64,000 nucleotides of DNA, from the NCBI GenBank assembly GCA_963837955.1, contig CAWIPH010000002.1, forward strand, positions 4,160,001-4,224,000, written 5' to 3'. This document shows, piece by piece, positions 8,133 to 15,174 of this stretch. The DNA is from an uncultured Verrucomicrobiae bacterium (lineage in GTDB: Bacteria; Verrucomicrobiota; Verrucomicrobiia; Chthoniobacterales; JAFAMB01). Below the pieces are notes generated by a model, which did not search any database, was not told where the DNA came from, and saw only the letters and a list, made by a program, of their open reading frames with translations. Position 1 is the stretch's first letter. Each line of letters begins with the position of its first letter. The position numbers and the translations under genes were made by a program.

Positions 8133-9422
8133 CTGAGAGGAATAGAAATCGCGATTTGAAAGAACTGCTTCTTTCTGTCCCAGTTGCCGTAATTGTTGTC
8201 TCGTGATGTTTTCCAACGACCTTCCCGCAACCTCGACCCGCGTTCGTAGAGGAATGCGTATCGTCACCGTGGTGCCTTGTCCAACCTCGCTCCGCACCGC
8301 CAGCTGAAACGAGCGACCGAACAATGCTTGCAGCCGCCGACGCAGCAGCCCCAGGGCGTGCACCCGTGGGCGCGCCCCAAAAAAAACATGTTCGACGTCC
8401 GCCGAGGGTACTCCTTGCCCGTCATCACTGACGCTCATCTCCAGCCATTGTCCCGCCAGACGGGCCACGATGCGCAGCCGCCCGGCTTCCGGCGAGGATT
8501 GCAATCCGTGTTGCACCCCATTTTCCACCAACGGTTGGAGTGAGAAAGGCGGGGCTAAGACTTCTGCCAATCCCGAATCGATTGCCTCTTCTACCTGCAA
8601 TCGGCTACCCAGTCGCAGCGACTCGATATCTAGATACGCGCGCATCACCGCCAACTCTTCTTCGAGTGGAACCAACGCTCGATCGTGCTGGTCGAAACTG
8701 GCGCGCAGAAAATGGCGCAACCGTCCCGCCGCTCGTGGGATTTCACGCGGCGCGACAGTCGCTAGCGCCGCTAACGCATTTAACGCATTGAACAAGAAAT
8801 GCGGGTTCATGCGCGCCTGGAGGGCGCCCACTTCGGCTGCTGCTGCCGCTTGCGCTTGCTCATCAAGCTCGCGCGCCCGCGCCACACTGGCCAAGATTAA
8901 CGCCGTGCCCAACCCTTGGAGCACAGAGGCCATTCCGATGTGTCCGAATGTTTGCACGCCCGCTCGCTGGCCGGGTGTGCATAGAAGGGTCAAGCAGTCG
9001 CGCACCCACGCCACCGTAAAAGTCAGGCAAAATCCCATCAGCGGTTGTTGCGCCAGTCTGGGCCGCCGCCGGTACAGCCACCCTCCGACCAGACCGCCGC
9101 ACAACATCGAAATTCCGATGGGTCCCAGCGGCCGCCCGTCGTACGCAACGGCCATCCAGGTCACGAACGCAGCGACCACAACCCCTACACCAGAGCCCGC
9201 CAACAGACCAGCCGCGCAGACCGCGACAATGCGGTGATTGAACCAGCCGGTTTGCCCAACGGCAGCCTCTTCGACCAACCCGAGAACCAGGAAAACCAGC
9301 AGCGCCGTTCCTCGATCGCGCACCGATAGCAGAGAACGCTCCGATCGTCTGAAACCCGGCACCAGCGTGAGCGCGAACGCTGCCGTTACCAACAGGCAAA
9401 CTTTATAGAAAATGATCTCCAT
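7611..9422 (-). CDS. LytS-type histidine kinase paralog 2 fused in frame to a C-terminal ECF sigma factor (603 aa)
   Basis: Continuous ORF: 5TM-LYT, ALQARMNPHFLFNALN, HATPase, then FEELFLPHLDAAYSLARW..DAQDVVQEAY..RAWLLTIVRN..EFREVLVL..GTVMSRLSRARRRL; start MEIIFYK by alignment to paralogs. Confidence 0.88.
   Translation of the reverse strand: MEIIFYKVCLLVTAAFALTLVPGFRRSERSLLSVRDRGTALLVFLVLGLVEEAAVGQTGWFNHRIVAVCAAGLLAGSGVGVVVAAFVTWMAVAYDGRPLGPIGISMLCGGLVGGWLYRRRPRLAQQPLMGFCLTFTVAWVRDCLTLLCTPGQRAGVQTFGHIGMASVLQGLGTALILASVARARELDEQAQAAAAAEVGALQARMNPHFLFNALNALAALATVAPREIPRAAGRLRHFLRASFDQHDRALVPLEEELAVMRAYLDIESLRLGSRLQVEEAIDSGLAEVLAPPFSLQPLVENGVQHGLQSSPEAGRLRIVARLAGQWLEMSVSDDGQGVPSADVEHVFFGARPRVHALGLLRRRLQALFGRSFQLAVRSEVGQGTTVTIRIPLRTRVEVAGRSLENITRQQLRQLGQKEAVLSNRDFYSSQMRTAPCFEELFLPHLDAAYSLARWIVGRDQDAQDVVQEAYARALKGFSGFRGENPRAWLLTIVRNTAYKWIKKHLNEEKLIPFDEDAHAVPVEVGPSELSQERRQLLQEALNRLPVEFREVLVLFEIEGWSYRAMAGALNVPLGTVMSRLSRARRRLQQELTQMRDKGIEDEL
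8141..8210 (-). promoter_or_regulatory. Conserved LytTR-box-like promoter element, copy 5 (inside the kinase-sigma linker)
   Basis: CGAGACAACAATTACGGCAACTGGGACAGAAAG ... TTTCTATT; spacing 30 nt. Confidence 0.72.
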
Positions 9423-9758
9423 TACGGAAGGCCTGGGATCGCTCAGAAAGAACGGAAATCGCCGCGGCTGTCGGTCTGCAGATCGAAATTCTCGCCGTGG
9501 CGTTTGATCACGTTGGCACGTCCGGATCACCGTGACCGATCTCATGGCCCGAAGCCGGGAGCCGCCGTCTGAAGATGGCGGCCACCGTTTGGTTAAGCGG
9601 AATTTTCACCCAGCCAGCGCGCTACCACCGAACCGGAGGAGCCCGATCCGTCGCTAGTTGGTCCGGCTCGCTCGATCGACGTGTCCGCCATAGCTTTAGC
9701 GATGGCGGAACCGAGACCGGTTCGGGATCTTGCATGGCGAGAGACTCGACGGACCTTT

Positions 9759-10112
9759 TTATTGTCCGCATTTACTGATGTGCGTGGTTCGCGAGCTGTT
9801 CGTCCGTTTTGCCCGGTTTATATCTGGATGCACACCGATAGAAATGGGACCGGGAAAACAATCGATGAAGTCGCGATGGCGAGAGTTGCCAGAATCTCCG
9901 CCTATTTTCTTTTGCTCCTTCGCGCGATTATTCTGCAATCGATCTACATCGAATAAGTAAAGTCCATGCACCGATAACAAAGCGATCGCATCCTCTTCGG
10001 TAAATCCTCGAAAGAAGGCCAGGAATTGTCGAATTATGCTTCGGACAGAGATTAGAAATTTCGCCCGTGCTTCTCGCCAAAAGAAGGAAATGAGTAGACT
10101 GCGTTTTGTCAT
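9759..10112 (-). CDS. Small hypothetical protein B (117 aa), paralog of 6988-7302
   Basis: Colinear amino-acid similarity to protein A; preceded by promoter element 6. Confidence 0.75.
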   Translation of the reverse strand: MTKRSLLISFFWREARAKFLISVRSIIRQFLAFFRGFTEEDAIALLSVHGLYLFDVDRLQNNRAKEQKKIGGDSGNSRHRDFIDCFPGPISIGVHPDINRAKRTNSSRTTHISKCGQ

Positions 10113-10198
10113 AGCTACTTTATTTTTAACTGGGTTGGGCGTTGACTTCTTCAGATTGACGGACGCGGCGGCTCCGCGTCGTCCATTGGTTTAGCACT

Positions 10199-10267
10199 AG
10201 TAGACACTAACATTTGCCGGACTGGACTTTTTTGGTCCAATTGCCGCAATCGTTGTCTAGAATGCCA
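10199..10267 (-). promoter_or_regulatory. Conserved LytTR-box-like promoter element, copy 6 (upstream of small protein B)
   Basis: GGCATTCTAGACAACGATTGCGGCAATTGGACCAAAAAA ... GTGTCTACT; spacing 29 nt from the aligned position. Confidence 0.7.
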
Positions 10268-10529
10268 CCGAACTCGCCGGGCGAAGTTCCCGACCCATCG
10301 AGGGACGCGCTCGCGTCCGTTCGTAGTGGCGTAGCCTGATCCCTCAGCCCGCAGTCTCTACGCGACAGCGTTGCGCCCCGGTCCGCCGCTCATCAGGCTT
10401 TTCTTCGTCGTCGTCGAATTTCCGGGCGGCTCTAGCTGGGCAGCTGCCTTGCCATCGTGATTGGTAGGTTCGCGCATGACTTTTCGTCAGATGATTTGCA
10501 TGCTGCCGTGTGACGCCACGGAGTTTCCC

Positions 10530-10598
10530 CGTAAGTAACGCCAAGGTTCGAGAGACCAGTCCTTGTCCGGATTGCCGTATTCGCTGACTCAGCTGCCG
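10530..10598 (-). promoter_or_regulatory. Degenerate LytTR-box-like element, copy 7 (downstream of the response regulator)
   Basis: GGCAGCTGAGTCAGCGAATACGGCAATCCGGACAAGG; A-tract short and TCTA absent. Confidence 0.5.
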
Positions 10599-10663
10599 CG
10601 CGTCATCCGGCTGCGAACACCGTTTTCGCCAGACCTACCTTGCCTACCCCGCGGCCAGGTGCC

Positions 10664-11467
10664 TTAGCGTTGCGTCTTCAACACAGCGGCTAGCCGTGCA
10701 GCCCCTGTGCGCGAGGCAGTGATTTCGGTTCCGACTCGGTCACGCAGCCGCACGCGATAAAGCCGGTCACCGTAGTGAATGACGTGCTCGATGGCGTGCA
10801 GGTTCACTGCGGCATGCCTTCCGATCTGGACGAAAGGATCACCGCCCAGCCACCTCATCAGGTCAGCTAAAGGATAATAAGTGGCAAACTCCTCCCGGAC
10901 CGTATGGACCCACGTGCGCCGATCCCGTCGCAGCACCGCTACGACCTCACGGCGGGCGAGCAAACGGATCTGGTCACGATCTACATCCTTGACCGGCAAC
11001 AGCTCGTCGGGCGCGCCGGTGAAACGCATCTTATCTGGCGTCGCTAAGGAGTCCACACTGCGAGCGGAGAGCGGAGAAGGGCCAGCCTCAAAAGGACGCA
11101 AATGTGCCAGCAGACGATTAACCGCTTCGGTGACTTGCTCCGGATCCAATGGCTTCAAGAGATAATCCACGGCGTCCAACCGGAAGGCGTCCGTGGCGCG
11201 ACCGGCATTTCCAGTGGTGAAGACCAGACGAGGCGGCTGAGGAAGCATGGCTAATTGCGTCGCCAGCGAAACGCCGTCTTTGCCCGGCAGATTGATGTCA
11301 AGAAAGACGGCGTCTGGCCGCAACTCAGCGCAAAGGCGGAGGCCCGCTTCGCTTTCGGCGGCGGTACCGACAACCTCTACCTGGTAGGTTTCGTCTAGCA
11401 ACGCTGCCAAGTACTCAGCGGCCAAGGGTTCGTCTTCGATAATGAGGGCACGGATCCGGATCCACAT
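10664..11467 (-). CDS. LytTR-family DNA-binding response regulator
   Basis: REC: IIEDEPLA, VFLDINLPG (phospho-Asp), FTT, DAVDYLLKP; LytTR: FVQIGRHAAVNL..EITASR. Confidence 0.93.
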   Translation of the reverse strand: MWIRIRALIIEDEPLAAEYLAALLDETYQVEVVGTAAESEAGLRLCAELRPDAVFLDINLPGKDGVSLATQLAMLPQPPRLVFTTGNAGRATDAFRLDAVDYLLKPLDPEQVTEAVNRLLAHLRPFEAGPSPLSARSVDSLATPDKMRFTGAPDELLPVKDVDRDQIRLLARREVVAVLRRDRRTWVHTVREEFATYYPLADLMRWLGGDPFVQIGRHAAVNLHAIEHVIHYGDRLYRVRLRDRVGTEITASRTGAARLAAVLKTQR

Positions 11468-11478
11468 AAGAATAGACC

Positions 11479-12753
11479 TTACAGTGATGGCAATTCGCAA
11501 AGATCCGAAGTGATAGGGCCGGGCGATTCCAGGGAATCTCCGAACCGTTTCCGCAACGGAATACGCAAAGTCACTGTGGTGCCCTGTCCAACCTCACTCC
11601 GCACCTCTAATTGAAACGAGCGGCCAAACAATCCTTGCAACCGCCGGCGTAGCAGCACCAGCGCGTGGGTCCCGGGGCGCTCCGCAAAGAAAACTTGTTC
11701 GACTTCCGCTGGGGGCACTCCTTCGCCGTCATCGGTAACGCTCAGCTCTAGCCACCGTCCGGCCGGACGGACCACTAGGTACAAGCGTCCGGCGCGTGGA
11801 GAGGAATGGAGTCCGTGTTGCACTGCATTCTCCACCAATGGCTGAAAGGAAAAAGGCGGCATTAGAACCTTTGATAAACCCGGATCGATCCCCTGCTCCA
11901 CCTTCAATCGGCTGCCGAATCGCAACGACTCGATATCTAGATACGCAAAGACCACCGCCAACTCTTCCTCTAGCGGAACCAGCGCTCGCTCGTGCTGATC
12001 GAAACTGCCACGCAGAAATTGGCGCAACCGCCCGGCCACACGGGGAATCTCGCGTGGCGCGACCGTTGCGAGCGCCGCCAGCGCATTCAACGCATTGAAC
12101 AAGAAATGCGGGTTCATGCGTGCCTGAAGGGCGCGAACCTCCGCCGAAGCTGCAGCTCGCGCTTGCTCATCGCGCTCCCGCACTTGCGCAACGATCGCCA
12201 GGATCAACGCCGTGCCGAGCCCTTGCAGCACGGGAGCCGTCGCCATTTCTCCAAATGTCTTCACCGCCCGTTCCCCGGGAGCGTAGTAGAAGAAGACCAG
12301 GCAATCGCGCAGCAACGACACCACGAAGGTCAAGCAAAAGCCCGTCCAAGGACGTTGCGCCAGTTTAGGTCGCCACTGGAACAGCCACCCACCCGCAAGA
12401 CCGCCACACAACATCGAAATGCCGATGGACCCCAATGGCAGGCCGTCGTACCTAACTGCCAACCAGGTCACAAAAACGCTGACGGCCGCTCCTACCAAAG
12501 GGCCTGCCACTAAACCAGCTGCGCACACCGCCACGATTCGTTCGTTGAGCCAGCCGGCGTGCGAGACGGTGGTTTCTTCGACTAACCCCAGCAGCAGGAA
12601 CACGAGCAATGCCGTCCCTTGGTCACGCATCGACAGCAGAGAACGCTCTGACCGCCTAAAGCCTGGCACAAGTGTGAGCACGAACGCCGCCGTTACCAGC
12701 ACGCAAACGTCATTAAGAAGAATATCCATCGCGAAGACCCCGGAATCGGTCAT
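11479..12753 (-). CDS. LytS-type sensor histidine kinase paralog 3 (adjacent to the response regulator)
   Basis: Same architecture as paralogs 1 and 2; ends 11 nt before the regulator start. Confidence 0.93.
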   Translation of the reverse strand: MTDSGVFAMDILLNDVCVLVTAAFVLTLVPGFRRSERSLLSMRDQGTALLVFLLLGLVEETTVSHAGWLNERIVAVCAAGLVAGPLVGAAVSVFVTWLAVRYDGLPLGSIGISMLCGGLAGGWLFQWRPKLAQRPWTGFCLTFVVSLLRDCLVFFYYAPGERAVKTFGEMATAPVLQGLGTALILAIVAQVRERDEQARAAASAEVRALQARMNPHFLFNALNALAALATVAPREIPRVAGRLRQFLRGSFDQHERALVPLEEELAVVFAYLDIESLRFGSRLKVEQGIDPGLSKVLMPPFSFQPLVENAVQHGLHSSPRAGRLYLVVRPAGRWLELSVTDDGEGVPPAEVEQVFFAERPGTHALVLLRRRLQGLFGRSFQLEVRSEVGQGTTVTLRIPLRKRFGDSLESPGPITSDLCELPSL

Positions 12754-13313
12754 CAAAAAAAGGGCGTCCGGGGGGACGATAGAACTGTGCGAAAACCAAC
12801 TTCATAGTTTTACTGAAGGGTCAACTCTGGAGGTTTAATGAACCTAAACTAGTGATTTGATCAAGTAAAAGGGTTGACCAATCGGTCTGTAGGCCTGTCA
12901 TCCTGCAGCTCGGCCCTTTGATCCGCGGGCCCCGCCACAAAGCGCCGGAGGGCCAGAATATCCACGATGGCGGCGCCCGCACCATTGGTTACACACGCGA
13001 CCCGAGGTTCCGGTTTGCCGTACGGTTTGACCAGAGCAAGTTGATGATTGGCCTTCGGCGGCAGACCTGCGCACAGCGCCTCTCGGACCTAGGTGCCTTG
13101 CGTGACGGGATGGACCTGAAGCGGACAGTCTGTGTGTGTTTTGGTTCTACTCCTGCTATGCACAGCCTTTCGCCCTGCATGACGATAATGGATGGTCATA
13201 CGAGGGTACTCAATAATGGCTCTGTGATCAGGCGAGTCGAGCTCTGCTCCGCGACCCTGATCTTGAAACCGGCCGCGATAGCGCTCGATCAATCAGCGAG
13301 ACTGCGCCAACAA

Positions 13314-13556
13314 TTAACAGATATACTGCAAGCCGAGCTGACGGAGATCTGCCTCAGCCGCCTGAAGCGCGACCTGCAACGGTAGGCTGAGTTCCAAGTA
13401 GATCTGCGTCAGCGCCCAAAATCTCTTTCCATGTGAAAACAGCCGGATCCTGTCGTCCATCTCCACGAGCTCCTGATCGAAAGGGAATGGTTCTAGATTT
13501 TGGATGCATGAAGTTGTGTCCGCGCTGAGCGGCCCAGCGAAAGTTTGTTCGTCCAT
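13314..13556 (-). CDS. Small hypothetical protein (80 aa)
   Basis: ATG-start ORF with a protein-like helical C-terminal half (FWALTQIYLELSLPLQVALQAAEADLRQL), co-oriented behind element 8. Confidence 0.5.
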   Translation of the reverse strand: MDEQTFAGPLSADTTSCIQNLEPFPFDQELVEMDDRIRLFSHGKRFWALTQIYLELSLPLQVALQAAEADLRQLGLQYIC

Positions 13557-13664
13557 GTTTACGTTTTTAGTTTTGGCATCGCCAAAGCGACAGCCACGGT
13601 CACCGCAGCTTGATTGGTTTGACAAACTCTGTTCATTTTTGTTGGGTTCGCGGCCAACAAAATC

Positions 13665-13919
13665 TCAGAGGCCGATAATCTCGAGGACGAGATAACCAAG
13701 CGTTGCCGCCGAAAGCAGCCAATAGAGTGACTCCTCGGCGCGATCAACCCGCGCTGAAGGCAATCGGCGAGCAGCAACTTTGCGGGCCTTCTGTATTATT
13801 TCGAATTCTTTGCTGTTCCCCTCAGGTTCTGCTGCTAGCCGATCACGAGCCTCGAGAAAGTCGATGACGCAGGCGGAAGCGTTCGGTGCGGCTGGAAATT
13901 CTTGCTGTATAAATTTCAT
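13665..13919 (-). CDS. Small hypothetical protein with C-terminal TM helix (84 aa)
   Basis: LYWLLSAATLGYLVLEIIGL tail anchor; first ORF after promoter element 8. Confidence 0.6.
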   Translation of the reverse strand: MKFIQQEFPAAPNASACVIDFLEARDRLAAEPEGNSKEFEIIQKARKVAARRLPSARVDRAEESLYWLLSAATLGYLVLEIIGL

Positions 13920-14005
13920 ATTTGTCGAATCATTTTATTTGGACCAGTTACCTGCTCCGACTAGGGAGCGATGCAGTTCTCGCGTCGCCCACTCTAGTTC
14001 GCGGT

Positions 14006-14075
14006 AATAGAGACTGGGATCCCAGAGACGAATCTTTTTTTGTCCCGGCTGCCGTAATCGTTGTCGCGACCGGCG
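14006..14075 (-). promoter_or_regulatory. Conserved LytTR-box-like promoter element, copy 8
   Basis: CGCGACAACGATTACGGCAGCCGGGACAAAAAAA ... TCTCTATT; spacing 30 nt. Confidence 0.7.
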
Positions 14076-14173
14076 CGTAAGCCCAAGCAACGTGCGGAGG
14101 AATTGGCACCGAGAAACGGTAGCGGGCCGGCGGCCGCGCATGCGCGTTTCCCAACGCCAATGTCATGTTCTCT

Positions 14174-14335
14174 GCCCCGAGGGGATTAGGACTCAGCCCG
14201 GGTTTTAACCCCGGGATTAGTCGCATTGAGCGGTATGTCCATACGAGCGCTAGAATCCAATGGAAGCCTCTATTCTAGCGCCACTTTCAGGAGGCAACGT
14301 TTGGAACACCTTTCCCGGGGTTAAAATCCCGGGGG
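14174..14335. repeat. Inverted pair of REP-like palindromes
   Basis: AGCCCGGGTTTTAACCCCGGGA (14195-14216) and its near reverse complement TCCCGGGGTTAAAATCCCGGG (14313-14333). Confidence 0.65.
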
Positions 14336-14664
14336 GAGGGATTGCGTACTCGCGATCCGCGGCGTACGAGGATCCGACGTCGTGCTTAAGCATTCTGCAC
14401 CAAGCTATCCAAAAGGCTATGTCGGACTGGCTGTGCGGCCTCGCCGCCCTCCGGGACAGAGAACCACACATCGGCCTTAAGCTGGCGCGCATGATGCGAC
14501 CGCGACCGCTACAAGCTCTGCGATCCTGCGACACCGGAGAGCTAGGGAGCTTTAGGTGGTTCTATCAAATTATCGCAAGTCAGTAGGTTTTCGCGAAACC
14601 TGGCTATCGCCGCCGCGTCGCAGAAATCTGACAAAGGCCATCTTCTCCTTTGCCTGGGCATCTT

Positions 14665-15174
14665 TTAAGCGGGCACGAGCGAGAACGGCTGCGGTCCGAA
14701 ATCGTGCACGGTCGCTTCGAAGTTCAGCAACGCTTTCTTTAGAGGAATGCCGCCTCCATAGCCAACCAGTTGACCATCAGCACCGATCACTCGGTGGCAC
14801 GGAACGATAATCGGGATCGGATTATGTCCGTTGGCTAGACCGACCGCGCGAGGAACACTTCGCACGCGCTCAGCCTGCTTTTTATAAGATATGGTCTCGC
14901 CAAACGGGATAGTCTGCAATGCTTCCCAGGCTCGGACCTGAAAAGGCGATCCAATAAACCGAATCGGAATATCGAATACCGGTCGCGTCCCCTTAAAATA
15001 CTCATCGAGTTGTCGAATGACTTCTGGAAACGGCTTAATTTTCCGCTCTTGGGTTTCGCTGACCAGGGCTTCATCACTATGATCCGTATCAAAGTGTAGG
15101 CCGATTAAGTATTCTCCATCGGAGACTAATTTTAGCTTACCAACGGGGCTATCGTAGATGATTTGATATTTCAT
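14665..15174 (-). CDS. ogt: Methylated-DNA-protein-cysteine methyltransferase
   Basis: IPFGETISY, RAVGLANGHNPIPIIVPCHRVIG active site. Confidence 0.95.
   Translation of the reverse strand: MKYQIIYDSPVGKLKLVSDGEYLIGLHFDTDHSDEALVSETQERKIKPFPEVIRQLDEYFKGTRPVFDIPIRFIGSPFQVRAWEALQTIPFGETISYKKQAERVRSVPRAVGLANGHNPIPIIVPCHRVIGADGQLVGYGGGIPLKKALLNFEATVHDFGPQPFSLVPA

Noticed and set aside
9423..9545. N-terminal extension of the 644-aa ORF
   Set aside because: No similarity to kinase paralogs upstream of about MEIIFYK; treated as non-coding
9750..9790. Additional promoter element before kinase 2 (TTTTTATTGTCCGCATT)
   Set aside because: Only a half-site; second repeat and TCTAYT missing
10268..10544. 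66-aa and 39-aa ORFs between elements 7 and 6
   Set aside because: No homology cues and element 7 is degenerate
12860..13300. Gene or pseudogene upstream of kinase 3 (frame with an internal TAG at 13089)
   Set aside because: No recognisable domain in any frame; cannot separate from chance ORFs
14250..14590. ORFs of 94 and 108 aa
   Set aside because: Overlap REP-like palindromes, no family features
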